NCBI GenBank assembly: GCA_013112575.1
Contig: JABFGG010000003.1
Span: forward strand, 83,096 to 147,095
Source: Chloroflexota bacterium
GTDB lineage: Bacteria > Chloroflexota > Anaerolineae > Anaerolineales > UBA11579
Length of the DNA: 64,000 bases
Direction of reading: 5' to 3'
In this document: positions 29,446 through 39,977 of the stretch, one piece after another
Numbering within the stretch: position 1 is the first letter of the stretch
Layout: each line of letters starts with the position of its first letter
Translations under genes and position numbers: made by a program
The notes under the pieces: model-generated
What the model saw: only the letters and a program-made list of their open reading frames with translations
Told to the model about the DNA's origin: nothing
The model's database searches: none

Positions 29446-31659
29446 TTAGCCACTGGGATCAAGCTCAATGGTTTGATCTTCCTCTTCTTCGATCAGTTCT
29501 TCAGGGAGGGCTGGCACACCTATTTCGCTTTCCCAGGGGAAAAGGGTCTGAGCCTGGCCGAAGAAATAGATCTCAAGCATACGGCGGAAAATGGGGGCCG
29601 CGAACTCGGAGCCATCCCCTACTTCTTCCACTATGACTGCAATGGCAAGATCCGGCAGGTCTTCCCGCCCCTCTTCTGTAAAGCCAATAAACCAGGCGTG
29701 GCCTTCGGGGCCAGGGTTCTGGGCGGTGCCTGTTTTACCGGCGACTGCAATTTGAAAATTGCCAAAGGTCGAAGATGCTGTGCCTCGCGGGTCTTGTGTC
29801 ACAAGACGCATGCCATCTAGAATGGATGCCAGCGTCTCCGCAGTGACAGGCAATTGGCCAGTTGTGTTGGGCGAAAAGCTTTGGGTAGCGATCCCGCTAG
29901 TATCTTCTATGCGCTCGATGAACTGAGGCTGGTATAAAGTGCCGCCATTGCCCAGGGCGGCGACATACCCGGCGGCCTGCATGGGGGTGATAGTGGTGGT
30001 GTGTTGGCCGATAGCCTGCTGCAAAGAATCTACCGAGTTAGCGGGGGCATCGATCTGCCCTGCTTCTTCCGGGAAGCCCATAATGCCGGTGGGACTGCCC
30101 AGGCCAAAACCACGCGCCATCTCGGCAATGGCGTTTTCGAAACCATTGTTGTAGAGGCTGACACCGATGTCATAGTAGAAAGGGTTGCAAGAGCGCATGA
30201 GGCCCTCAAGCAAATTCAAGGGGCCACTGGGAGGCAGGCCTTTCGCGAGTGTCCAATCTTCCCAATCAACCTCAGCATGTCGATATGTGTGCTGGCAATC
30301 CAATTGTGAATCTAGTGTATAGAGGCCGCTTTCCAGGGCTGCAGCCAGGGGGATGACCTTAAAGATAGAGCCGGGAATGTACTGTCCTTGCGTGGCGCGG
30401 TTGAGGAAAGCTGTTTCGGCAGGCGGCCAATCGTAAATACTGTTGAAATTGTTGGGATCTGCGGCGTTTTGATTAAAGTCCGGTGATGAGGCCATAGCCA
30501 GGACGCGGCCCGTGTCACGCTCTAAGACCACGATTGCACCATTGAAACCTTCCAGTGCCCGTTGTGCGCCGATTTGCAGGTCTTTATCGATGGTGGAATA
30601 AACCGCTTGCCCCGGCTGAGGCTCTTTGCCGGTAAGGATAGTGACAACGTTGTTATCAGGGCCAACCACGTAGAGTTCACCACCTGTTTCCCCGGCCAAT
30701 TGATCTTCAGTTATGGCTTCAAGTCCCAGCCGCCCAACCAGGGCATCCACAGGGATACCCTGCTCTTTATATATTTCTACTTCTCCGGGCTGAATGGGAC
30801 TGACATACCCAAGTAAATGCGGGCCAACCCCGCCATCCAGATAGAGGTGGGTATCAAAATATTCACGGAAGGAGGTGGCACCCACTGGCTCGATTTCGTT
30901 ATATTCGGCCAGGGTTATCTCTGTGATGGGAATGTAATCGGGAGCGTCTGGTTGGAGCGCGAGCCATTCAAAATATCCGGGTAGACGCCCGGTAATACGC
31001 GCAAGCTGCTCAAAAGTCGCATCCCTGTTATCTTCGGAAAGCGCAGAAACCACCAGGCCCACAGCCACGGCATCGGTGTTGATTACCAGGGCACTTCCAT
31101 TCTTATCGTAGATGATGCCGCGTGAGGGGATGAAGGGCTGCATACTCAAGCGGTTACCGCCAACCAGTTCAGGGAGGATCAAATGTTCACTCCAGGCCAC
31201 CCGCCAATCGTCCTCTTCGTAACTCAAATCCATGGTGATCTCACGGCTGAAGTCACCAACCAGCGCCGAGGTAAAAGTTACTTGGTAGCTGACCTGAGCC
31301 GAGTCCACGTTGACCAGTTTACTGATGATCTCATGCCTGATATCCAAAAAGGCGCCCTCATCCCATACAACTGTGTAACGGGCTGCAAAGTCTTCGAAGC
31401 TCTGGGCATCCCGGCTGAGGGGGGTCAGCATGCCATACATGGTCTCATAATCCTGATCCACCCAGGCAGTCAAATAAGCTTCAACAGTATTTTCGACGGG
31501 AGGTTTTTGAATAATGGTTGGGACAGGAACCGGAAGCCCGCCATCGGGTTGTGGTGAAGCTGAAGTATCGGGTGAACTGCAGGCAACTAGTATGAAGCTC
31601 AACAGTAAAATGCAAGATAAGCGAATTTCCATGATTGTTTTTGTATTTTCCCGTTTCAT
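29446..31659 (-). CDS. Penicillin-binding protein (PBP2-type transpeptidase) with N-terminal lipoprotein-like signal and NTF2-like domain
   Basis: SxxK (GSIFK), SxN (SCN) and KTG (KTGTA) motifs. Signal LLLSFILVAC. Confidence 0.9.
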   Translation of the reverse strand: MKRENTKTIMEIRLSCILLLSFILVACSSPDTSASPQPDGGLPVPVPTIIQKPPVENTVEAYLTAWVDQDYETMYGMLTPLSRDAQSFEDFAARYTVVWDEGAFLDIRHEIISKLVNVDSAQVSYQVTFTSALVGDFSREITMDLSYEEDDWRVAWSEHLILPELVGGNRLSMQPFIPSRGIIYDKNGSALVINTDAVAVGLVVSALSEDNRDATFEQLARITGRLPGYFEWLALQPDAPDYIPITEITLAEYNEIEPVGATSFREYFDTHLYLDGGVGPHLLGYVSPIQPGEVEIYKEQGIPVDALVGRLGLEAITEDQLAGETGGELYVVGPDNNVVTILTGKEPQPGQAVYSTIDKDLQIGAQRALEGFNGAIVVLERDTGRVLAMASSPDFNQNAADPNNFNSIYDWPPAETAFLNRATQGQYIPGSIFKVIPLAAALESGLYTLDSQLDCQHTYRHAEVDWEDWTLAKGLPPSGPLNLLEGLMRSCNPFYYDIGVSLYNNGFENAIAEMARGFGLGSPTGIMGFPEEAGQIDAPANSVDSLQQAIGQHTTTITPMQAAGYVAALGNGGTLYQPQFIERIEDTSGIATQSFSPNTTGQLPVTAETLASILDGMRLVTQDPRGTASSTFGNFQIAVAGKTGTAQNPGPEGHAWFIGFTEEGREDLPDLAIAVIVEEVGDGSEFAAPIFRRMLEIYFFGQAQTLFPWESEIGVPALPEELIEEEEDQTIELDPSG

Positions 31660-32080
31660 TATTGGTCACCCACGACCCATCAATAGCAACATGTCGATTG
31701 GCTTCTCAGTAAAATCCTCTGAATCAGCGCAGGATTTTAACACAGGGGCCTAAAGAGAGAATGCCCAAAAGTATTAGGGAGTGGTGAGCTTGATGGATAC
31801 TCTTGTCTTCAAGGATAGCTGGCGTTGTGGAAGCATGTTTCGCCTTTGTCAGATACCCTCATTTCTCACCCCTCCCCTCATCAAGCCAAACACAGTTATC
31901 AGACAAGTACTAGTACTCCCCCCCCGCAAATATCTGCATTCCCAAGTATTAGCAATTCCTCGCCCAATTACACTGATTTTCTGTTGCCCTTGCAGATTCG
32001 TTAACAGAAGTTGCATCTTATAGATTAAGATTACGGGTGGATAAAGGTATGGGCAATAAGAATTCCAAAAGACCATCCTC

Positions 32081-32812
32081 ATGAAACGAATTTTGTCATA
32101 CTGTAGCCTGGTCGTTCTTGCGATGTTGCTGGTAGGGTGTGGAACCTCCCGGCAAAATGAGATTGATCTCACCCCGGAAGAAATCCTTTCGCGTTCAGCT
32201 GAACGCATGATCGACTTACAAGGCTTTGAATTCCTCATAGATCGTTCAGGGGAATCCGTTTTTTTAGATTTAGAGGAGACGATCTCCTTTAGTCGGGCCG
32301 CAGGGAAATACACAGCCCCAGATCACGTCCAGGCTGAGGTCCGAGTAGTGGCACCAGGGCTGGTCACGGAAGTGCACATCATCCGTATTAAAGAAGAACA
32401 ATGGGAAACAAACCTGCTAACGGGGGACTGGCAACCTTCAGACCCGCGTTACAGCTTCAACCTCGCCCTGCTCTTTGATGCAGAGATCGGGATTCAAGCC
32501 ATACTGAATCATGACATCACTAATCCCATCCTCGTGGGATATGAAGAGCTTCCTGAGACGCCCGGAAAAGAATTGTTATATATAGAAGCCACACTCGAAG
32601 GCGGGCGAGCTTACCAAATGAGTTATGGCATGATCGATAATGAAGCCTTGCCCATCAAGGTTTGGATCGACCCGAATAGTTTTGATCTCCACCGCATCCT
32701 CATGACGGACCCAGCCGACCCAGGAGATGATGAGGATACCCTCTGGCAAATTGACTTCTGGAGCTTTGGCTCCACCTTCGAAATCGTTGAGCCTGTTTTG
32801 AGTAACGAGTAA
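32081..32812 (+). CDS. Lipoprotein, possibly LppX/LprAFG-like
   Basis: Lipobox MLLVGC. 243 aa. It sits immediately upstream of a 14-TM MFS gene, as in the mycobacterial LprG-P55 pair. The family assignment rests on context and size only. Confidence 0.75.
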   Translation: MKRILSYCSLVVLAMLLVGCGTSRQNEIDLTPEEILSRSAERMIDLQGFEFLIDRSGESVFLDLEETISFSRAAGKYTAPDHVQAEVRVVAPGLVTEVHIIRIKEEQWETNLLTGDWQPSDPRYSFNLALLFDAEIGIQAILNHDITNPILVGYEELPETPGKELLYIEATLEGGRAYQMSYGMIDNEALPIKVWIDPNSFDLHRILMTDPADPGDDEDTLWQIDFWSFGSTFEIVEPVLSNE

Positions 32813-32818
32813 ATAGAA

Positions 32819-34399
32819 TTGAGCAAAGGGAATAAAGCACAAGCCGGCTTGTTGTTAACACTGATCAGCATTCCAATATTTATTGGCGCGCTTGATCTGA
32901 CGGTGGTCTCTGCCGTGCTGCCACACGTTATTTTGGACCTGGAAATACCCATCCAAACAGGCTTAGACGATGCGGCCTGGATGGTGACCGGGTACTTGCT
33001 CGCCTATAGCATTTCAATGACGTTTATGGGGCGGCTTTCAGACCTCTATGGTCGCCGCCAAGTTTACCTGATCGCATTAGTAGTCTTCGCATTTGGTTCA
33101 TATTTGGTAGCAGTGGCAGATACCTGGCCCACCCAGTTAGCCCTGCGTACATATTACATGCTTTTTCCCGGTAGACCCGACGTGTCTTTCGTTACACTGT
33201 ATGCAATGATCGCCGCCCGCATGATACAGGCCTTTGGCGCGGGCACGATGGTTCCGGTGGGCATGGCGATGGTTGGAGATATTTTTGGGGTGGGGAATCG
33301 TGCGCGTGCCTTGGGCATTATCGCGGCGGTAGATACAGCAGGATGGGTCGTGGGACATCTATATGGGGGCATTGTGGTGCGCTTCTGGGATTGGCGAATG
33401 ATCTTCCTTATAAACCTTCCCATATGTGCCGTCGCCTTTGTTTTTATCTGGTACAAGCTGCGTAAAGTCCCCCAGGAAAAAAGTAAAGGAAACATGGATT
33501 GGTTAGGGACCCTGCTCATAGCGGGTTCACTAACTATGCTGAATATCGGGTTAGGAAGCACATCGGAGGGCAGCACTGGCAGCAGCCTCGAAAGCCAAAC
33601 TGGGCTCCCAGAAAATGCGGTGCCGTTGCTGATCGGTTCCGGGGTGTTTCTGCTTTTATTTTTGTGGTGGCAAAATCGGGCGAAATATCCGCTGGTTGAC
33701 TTGAGTTTATTTAAACTCAAGAACTATTTACCTGCAAGCGTGGCAAATTTCCTGGTTGGTTTCAGTTTATTTGTTGCAATCGCCAACGTGCCTTTATTCA
33801 TAAACTCATTAATCGCCACAACTTTGGTACAAGGCGCCTGGGATAGTGGATGGATGTTGTCTGCGCTGACCGTGCCAATGGCCATCGCTTCGATTCTGGG
33901 TGGTTGGCTGTCAGATAAGCGCGGCTACCGCTTCCCCGCCACAGTTGGATTAATTGTGGCTGTCTTTGGTTTTATATTGATGACAAGCTGGACAGCGGAA
34001 ACATCTTACACGACGATGGCTTTGCACCTGCTTTTTTGCGGAATTGGCCTGGGGCTGACCATGGCACCGATCGCCGCAGCAATTGTAAATACCTCCCCAT
34101 CGGACCAACGCGGCACCAGTTCTGCATTAGTGATCATATTCCGACTAATCGGAATGACCATTGGAATATCCAGTATTACGACTTACGGGCTAAGGCGAGC
34201 TGAAGTTATCAGTAAGCAGTTACTTTCCATTGCCCCCGATATAAATGAAATCAGTCAGATCGCAGTGGAGGTGACAGAAAGAGTGATCAGAGAAACGTTC
34301 ATTATTGCTGGAATAGTCGCAGCAATTGCCATATTACCGACTATATTCTTAAAAAACCAAAATAAGGGAGATTTGAAAAATGTCCGAGAACATAACTGA
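32819..34399 (+). CDS. MFS transporter (DHA2-like, about 14 TM)
   Basis: TTG start. The MFS motif GRLSDLYGRRQVY lies between TM2 and TM3. 526 aa and highly hydrophobic. Confidence 0.9.
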   Translation: MSKGNKAQAGLLLTLISIPIFIGALDLTVVSAVLPHVILDLEIPIQTGLDDAAWMVTGYLLAYSISMTFMGRLSDLYGRRQVYLIALVVFAFGSYLVAVADTWPTQLALRTYYMLFPGRPDVSFVTLYAMIAARMIQAFGAGTMVPVGMAMVGDIFGVGNRARALGIIAAVDTAGWVVGHLYGGIVVRFWDWRMIFLINLPICAVAFVFIWYKLRKVPQEKSKGNMDWLGTLLIAGSLTMLNIGLGSTSEGSTGSSLESQTGLPENAVPLLIGSGVFLLLFLWWQNRAKYPLVDLSLFKLKNYLPASVANFLVGFSLFVAIANVPLFINSLIATTLVQGAWDSGWMLSALTVPMAIASILGGWLSDKRGYRFPATVGLIVAVFGFILMTSWTAETSYTTMALHLLFCGIGLGLTMAPIAAAIVNTSPSDQRGTSSALVIIFRLIGMTIGISSITTYGLRRAEVISKQLLSIAPDINEISQIAVEVTERVIRETFIIAGIVAAIAILPTIFLKNQNKGDLKNVREHN

Positions 34400-36095
34400 A
34401 AACGAAACTGAGAATAAAAGCAATAACAAACTAATCCTGGGAGGTCTAGGAATCGCAGGGGTTTTAGGGGTGATGCTGCTTTGTGGTATTGCTGCACTGC
34501 TTTGGTTCTTTTGGCCAAGGCTGTTTGGTGGTGGTGATCCCATTGCTGAGAGAATTCCAAACGATGCAGTCATCTATATGAATGTAGATCTTCTCAATAT
34601 GCAGTCAGAAAATTTCCAAGATCTCATGCTCGTCTTCCAGGAAATGGCAGAGCCTGATCAGGATAAAACTTTGGTCGAAACGTTAGATGAACAGATGGGT
34701 GATTTGGTCAATATGAATTTCACCGATGACGTTCTGCCCTGGATCGGGCAATATGGTGGCCTGGCGATCTTAGATCTTGATCTGGAAAGCGGGGATGGGG
34801 AATATATATGGCTTGTCGAAACCCGCGACAAAACTGCCGCAGACCAATTCATAAGTAGTCTTGCTGTAGCCCTGGATGATGAACAAGGTATGCAGTTCAG
34901 CAAAAGTGAAAAAGAGGGGATCGAAATCTACACCCATGAGCCTGATTTTGGGGAGGATTTACTGATCGCCAGAGTGGGCAACTTTGTTTACTTTTCTAAT
35001 TCCGAAGCTGTGATTCTCGATTCGGCCGCGCTGGACAAAAAAGACTCGCTTGCAAGCCTGAAAATCTTTGAAGATGCTCATGCAGAATTACCAAATGACC
35101 GCGTGGCTTCTGCATTTTTTAGCAATGCCTTGTATTCTGAAGTTTTCGATATGATGGCAGCGCAATACTATATGACAGATGTCAATAACCTTGATGACAT
35201 TCCTCTGGGGGGATTCGCCATGAGCATGTCTGCGGATGACGCTGGTTTACGGTTCGATTTTGCCGTTGCTTATAATGAAGATGATCTAAGCGAATTTGAA
35301 AAAGAAGCGTATACAGCAGATTACCTGGCCCCAAAAACAGATGACTTGGTCCCGGCCGACACCTTCTTCTACCTGGGTACGAACCAGTCTCATGATCCCT
35401 CCTTTTATTTACAAGAAGGTAACCCGCTGTTAGATGCCGATACTGAGGAAGCCCTTGAGCTCCTTAATGATGAATATGGCATTGATATTATGGAGTTCAT
35501 CAACTTCCTCAGCGGTGAGTTTGCATTTGCGATGGGCCCCTCCAGAGAAGGCTTCATATCCGACCAGTTAGATACAGACATTGGGTTTACTGCTTTTATC
35601 AGCACACATGATGAAAGCGGTTTTTCCAATTGGTTTGAAGACGTTCTCAAGGTAATAGAAGATGTCACTTACACAGGCATTCAGCTGGATGATATAAGCA
35701 TCGAAGGATACGAACTGCACGAAATGACGATGGGGGATGAGGAGTTTCCCTCATCAATGATCTCCATGGTTTATGGGGCAGACAATGGTTACATAATTTT
35801 AGGGAGTAGCCAGGATATCCTCGAAGAGGGACTTGGTAGTAACCCCAGTTTGGCAGAAAGTGAAATCTACCTGAATACATGGGAAGCATTCCCCTCCGGG
35901 AGCGTTCCATACATGTTCATCAACATGACTGAGTTGATCGATTCCTTCAAAGATGCAAACCCTTACATGGCTGATTCATTCCAGGAAATCGATAGCAGCT
36001 TGGATAAGATACCAGTCGTTGCACTAGCTATAAACGAAACCACAGGCTATACACAGGCTTTCACTTTGATCATTTTCGTCGAGGGCGATCAATAA
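34380..36095 (+). CDS. Hypothetical N-terminally anchored acidic protein
   Basis: AAGGGAG SD. A single TM (LILGGLGIAGVLGVMLLCGIAALLWFF) is followed by about 520 aa of acidic sequence. It overlaps the MFS gene 3' end by 20 nt. Confidence 0.8.
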   Translation: MSENITENETENKSNNKLILGGLGIAGVLGVMLLCGIAALLWFFWPRLFGGGDPIAERIPNDAVIYMNVDLLNMQSENFQDLMLVFQEMAEPDQDKTLVETLDEQMGDLVNMNFTDDVLPWIGQYGGLAILDLDLESGDGEYIWLVETRDKTAADQFISSLAVALDDEQGMQFSKSEKEGIEIYTHEPDFGEDLLIARVGNFVYFSNSEAVILDSAALDKKDSLASLKIFEDAHAELPNDRVASAFFSNALYSEVFDMMAAQYYMTDVNNLDDIPLGGFAMSMSADDAGLRFDFAVAYNEDDLSEFEKEAYTADYLAPKTDDLVPADTFFYLGTNQSHDPSFYLQEGNPLLDADTEEALELLNDEYGIDIMEFINFLSGEFAFAMGPSREGFISDQLDTDIGFTAFISTHDESGFSNWFEDVLKVIEDVTYTGIQLDDISIEGYELHEMTMGDEEFPSSMISMVYGADNGYIILGSSQDILEEGLGSNPSLAESEIYLNTWEAFPSGSVPYMFINMTELIDSFKDANPYMADSFQEIDSSLDKIPVVALAINETTGYTQAFTLIIFVEGDQ

Positions 36096-36131
36096 TATCC
36101 CCGTACATTGCCAAAGTATGAAGTAAATAAG

Positions 36132-36167
36132 CCCTTCCCAGTCTCAAGTGTTTGAGCCTGGGAAGGG
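36132..36167. terminator. Hairpin between convergent genes
   Basis: CCCTTCCCAG (36132-36141) and CTGGGAAGGG (36158-36167) flanked by A/T runs. Confidence 0.5.
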
Positions 36168-36208
36168 AAAAACTCTAGATGAGTTGAAGGGGGATTACTA
36201 GCAAAGAT

Positions 36209-36991
36209 CTATTTTTTGCGTGCCAAAAGAATGATGTGATGGTTCACGAAAGTAGCCCGGGGGGTGCCGAGATTCTCTGCCTGGAGCCAGTCAGCCGCCA
36301 TAGGTGGAGCATTGGTGAGCTGTCGTTGTAGCTGAGCTATACCCTCTTCGCTCATATCCTGGCGTTTAGCCCAGGTAAGGAAGTCATGCCGTTTGATTAT
36401 TTGTTCAGTGTGTAGCACTTCGAGTTCAGCAACCCTGACCATTGCCAGCCATTCATTTTCGGAAAAGGCACAGTGATGGCTTGGGTCACGAAACTTCTCA
36501 AAACTGTCCACATAGTTAGCAGTATCTTCATCTTCCGGCAGAACGTGGTCTTGCAGTAAGAACAAGCCGCCGGGTTTCAAGACACGGGCACTTTCGAGCA
36601 CAAACTGGTCAGCATGGGGAAAATGATGGGGTGCAATGCGGCAAGTCACAAGGTCAAAGCGATTGTCTGTAAAAGGCAAGTCTTCAGCATCCACCTGTTT
36701 AAATTCAACGTTTTCAACCCCCTGGGCGCGGATATGCTTTTCAGCTGCGGCCAGCATTTGGGGGGTAAGGTCACTAGCTACGACTTTAGCGACGTGCGGG
36801 GCAAATTTGAGGGCCGTATGTCCACCGCCTGTGGCAATGTCCAACACAAGCCAGTCACTTTGAGGCCTGGCAAGCTCCAGCAAGCGGTCAAGGTCAGCGC
36901 CTTTAGCATGTGTATCACTGCTGACGTAGCCCTCAGCGTAATCCCCAAAGCGTTGCTGAGAAAGGGATTTGGGGTTGTTTTGCTCACTCAT
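36209..36991 (-). CDS. Class I SAM-dependent methyltransferase
   Basis: VLDIATGGGHTALKFA motif I and Methyltransf_11-like spacing. 260 aa. Confidence 0.88.
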   Translation of the reverse strand: MSEQNNPKSLSQQRFGDYAEGYVSSDTHAKGADLDRLLELARPQSDWLVLDIATGGGHTALKFAPHVAKVVASDLTPQMLAAAEKHIRAQGVENVEFKQVDAEDLPFTDNRFDLVTCRIAPHHFPHADQFVLESARVLKPGGLFLLQDHVLPEDEDTANYVDSFEKFRDPSHHCAFSENEWLAMVRVAELEVLHTEQIIKRHDFLTWAKRQDMSEEGIAQLQRQLTNAPPMAADWLQAENLGTPRATFVNHHIILLARKK

Positions 36992-37644
36992 TTTTCGGGG
37001 GGCTCAACATCTATTGCTTGAGGTCCACTTGGCGAAGTAAGTTGTCCCTTATAGAAAAAGTAATGAAAGAGGAAACTGATGCTCACACTTGCAATAATGG
37101 CACCAAGGGTCACGTAGAAATGATCGGGAGATTCATTGAAGGTAAGGAAGAAAAAGGCTACAGATGTACCAAATGCAACGCCAGCAACTAACGATACCTC
37201 AATAGCCTGAAAGTATCCAACACTCCATTTTTTATAGGTCCCAGGCGGCTTCAACCAATCAAAAGCCCCTTCTATTGATTTGTTATTGGCATCAATAATA
37301 AATGTTTTGAGAGTGTTCATGGCTGCTACACTTTCAAGCCAGGCCTGACGTAAGCGGGCTAGTTGAAGAAGGGTGATGACACCGAAGATGGCAACGAATA
37401 AAAATACAAATCCCAAAATAAAGAAAATGTTCTGCTGACTAATTGTGTTCTCTTCTATCTGCAAGGAGAGAATAGCAGCAATAAATGAGCCGAAACTGAT
37501 AAAGAAAAATTGCCCAACGCGCTGGCGATCCTCATTGGCTTGAAAGGCAGTTTGGCCAATATAAGTCAGTTCGGCAGCCAATACTTCTTGGTTATCCTGA
37601 ATGGCCTTCTGTTGCTCTTTTTTTAATCTTTTATCTTGCGCCAT
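36988..37644 (-). CDS. Hypothetical 4-TM membrane protein
   Basis: The ATG at 37644 is preceded by GGAGGA. The tracked start at 37785 would overlap argF. 4-nt overlap with the downstream methyltransferase. Confidence 0.75.
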   Translation of the reverse strand: MAQDKRLKKEQQKAIQDNQEVLAAELTYIGQTAFQANEDRQRVGQFFFISFGSFIAAILSLQIEENTISQQNIFFILGFVFLFVAIFGVITLLQLARLRQAWLESVAAMNTLKTFIIDANNKSIEGAFDWLKPPGTYKKWSVGYFQAIEVSLVAGVAFGTSVAFFFLTFNESPDHFYVTLGAIIASVSISFLFHYFFYKGQLTSPSGPQAIDVEPPEK

Positions 37645-37737
37645 GAGCCTATCCTCCGTGTATTTTCTATTGTAGTCCATTTCAGGGTGCGTGTTATACT
37701 CTCGGCAATAGCCCCAATTTGAGGAGATATATAAGCT

Positions 37738-38655
37738 ATGAAAGACTTTCTGGCCGTTGGGGATTACTCCCCCGAAGCCTTGCAAGAAATGCTTGACCTG
37801 GCGGTCGAGCTAAAGAAAGAACGCCAAAGCGGCGGCAACAAGCCGGTGCTCGAGGGCAAGACCCTGGCGATGATCTTCCAGAAACCCAGCCTGCGCACGC
37901 GCGTATCCTTCGATATGGGCATGCGCCAACTAGGTGGCGATGCCATCTACCTGTCGCCGGCCGAAATCGGCCTGGGCAAACGCGAGTCGGTTGCAGATGT
38001 GGCCCGCGTGGTGTCCGGCTATGTAGAAGGCATCATGGCACGGGTTTTTGACCATGCCCACGTGGTGGAACTGGCCGAGTATGCCAGCGTCCCTGTGATC
38101 AACGGCCTGAGCGACTACAACCACCCCTGTCAGGCTCTGGCCGATGCGTTTACGATCTACGAAGAATACGGCACGCTCAAGGACATCAACGTGAGTTACG
38201 TGGGCGATGGCAACAACGTGGCTGTATCGCTGATGCAAATTTGCGCCAAGCTGGGGGCCAATTTCACGATCGGCAACCCAGAAGGTTTTGACATGCCCGC
38301 AGCCGCAATCGAGGAAGGACAGAAATTCGCAGCAGAAAGCGGAAGTACCATCACTATGGTCACCGATCCACTAGAAGCTGTGAAAGATGCCGATGCCATC
38401 TACACCGACGTGTGGACGAGTATGGGGCAGGAAGAAGAAGCTGCCAAACGCGCCGCTGTCTTCCCACCTTACCAAGTCAACCAGGAATTGGTGGCGGCAG
38501 CCAAAGACAAAACTATCGTGCTGCACTGCTTACCCGCCCACCGTGGCGACGAGATCACGGATAAGGTAGCCGACGGGCCGCATTCACGGCTGTTCCCACA
38601 GGCGCACAATCGCATGCACGCTCAGAAGGCGCTGCTTGTGAAATTGATGGCATAG
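37738..38655 (+). CDS. argF: Ornithine carbamoyltransferase
   Basis: [16 protein letters not shown] and HCLPAHRG motifs. GAGGAG SD. Confidence 0.95.
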   Translation: MKDFLAVGDYSPEALQEMLDLAVELKKERQSGGNKPVLEGKTLAMIFQKPSLRTRVSFDMGMRQLGGDAIYLSPAEIGLGKRESVADVARVVSGYVEGIMARVFDHAHVVELAEYASVPVINGLSDYNHPCQALADAFTIYEEYGTLKDINVSYVGDGNNVAVSLMQICAKLGANFTIGNPEGFDMPAAAIEEGQKFAAESGSTITMVTDPLEAVKDADAIYTDVWTSMGQEEEAAKRAAVFPPYQVNQELVAAAKDKTIVLHCLPAHRGDEITDKVADGPHSRLFPQAHNRMHAQKALLVKLMA

Positions 38656-38697
38656 GCCCGACCTAAATTCCAAAATCAAAAGGGATTACATAATTAA

Positions 38698-39900
38698 ATG
38701 AAAACAAACGAACTGATCCAGCTCGAAGATCAATACGGCGCGCACAACTACCATCCATTGGATGTAGTAATCGAGCGTGGCGAGGGGGTGTGGGTATGGG
38801 ATGTGGAAGGCAAAAAATATCTGGACTGTCTAAGCGCGTATTCGGCAGTCAACCAGGGACACGTGCATCCCTCGATCCTAGAAGCCATGACAGAGCAGGC
38901 CAAGAAGATAACCCTGACATCGCGAGCATTCCGCAACGACCAATTGCCTCTTTTCTACAAGACACTGGCGGACACCACAGGCTACGAAATGGCCCTGCCG
39001 ATGAACAGCGGAGCAGAGGCAGTGGAAACGGCCATCAAGCTGGCGCGCAAATGGGCTTACCAGGTAAAAGGGGTACCTCGGCATGAGGCCGAGATCATCG
39101 TATGTGAAGGCAATTTCCACGGGCGCACGATCACCATCGTGACCTTCTCTAGTGAAGACCTGTACAAGCAGGACTTTGGCCCCTTCACGCCAGGCTTCAA
39201 AATGGTGGCCTATGGTGATGCTAAGGCTATTGAAGAAGCCATCACACCCAATACAGCAGCAGTGATGATCGAACCTATCCAGGGAGAAGGCGGCGTGCTG
39301 GTTCCGCCTGATGGTTACTTGAAAACTGTAGAAACCATCTGCAAGGACAATAACGTCTTGTTAATCACAGACGAGATCCAGACAGGGTTGGGCCGCACTG
39401 GCAAGATGTTCGCGGCTGAACATGAGGGCGTACGCGCCGATATGACCATCATCGGCAAGGCGCTATCAGGGGGGTTCTATCCGGTTTCGGCAGTGCTGGC
39501 CGATACAGAGATCATGAGCCTGTTCGTACCGGGTGAGCATGGCTCGACCTTTGGCGGCAACCCACTGGGGGCAGCTGTGGCAAGCGCAGCGCTTAAGGTG
39601 CTGGTAGATGAAAAGCTCATCGAAAAGGCCAATGAATTGGGTGAGTATTTCATGGAGCAATTAGTCGAGATCCCCAGCCCGCACGTCAAAGAGGTGCGTG
39701 GCAAAGGCATGATGATCGGCATTGAGCTAAAGGATACCGCCGGTGGGGCGCGGCGCTTCTGCGAAGCTTTGCAAGACCGCGGTATCCTGTGTAAAGAGAC
39801 ACACGAAACCGTAATCCGTTTTGCACCGCCGCTGGTGATCGACAAAGAGACGATTGACTGGACACTGCCGCAAATCCGTGAAGTATTGAATATGGAATAG
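38698..39900 (+). CDS. rocD: Ornithine-oxo-acid aminotransferase
   Basis: [10 protein letters not shown]-terminus and class-III aminotransferase motifs ([18 protein letters not shown]). Confidence 0.85.
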   Translation: MKTNELIQLEDQYGAHNYHPLDVVIERGEGVWVWDVEGKKYLDCLSAYSAVNQGHVHPSILEAMTEQAKKITLTSRAFRNDQLPLFYKTLADTTGYEMALPMNSGAEAVETAIKLARKWAYQVKGVPRHEAEIIVCEGNFHGRTITIVTFSSEDLYKQDFGPFTPGFKMVAYGDAKAIEEAITPNTAAVMIEPIQGEGGVLVPPDGYLKTVETICKDNNVLLITDEIQTGLGRTGKMFAAEHEGVRADMTIIGKALSGGFYPVSAVLADTEIMSLFVPGEHGSTFGGNPLGAAVASAALKVLVDEKLIEKANELGEYFMEQLVEIPSPHVKEVRGKGMMIGIELKDTAGGARRFCEALQDRGILCKETHETVIRFAPPLVIDKETIDWTLPQIREVLNME

Positions 39901-39947
39901 ACAAAAAAACTGGCTAATTACCGGACAAGAATCAGGTTTTTAGAAGA

Positions 39948-39967
39948 GGACGACGCATGCGTCGTCC
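39948..39967. terminator. Perfect 20-nt palindrome between convergent genes
   Basis: GGACGACGCATGCGTCGTCC followed by TTTC. Confidence 0.5.
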
Positions 39968-39977
39968 TTTCACTATC

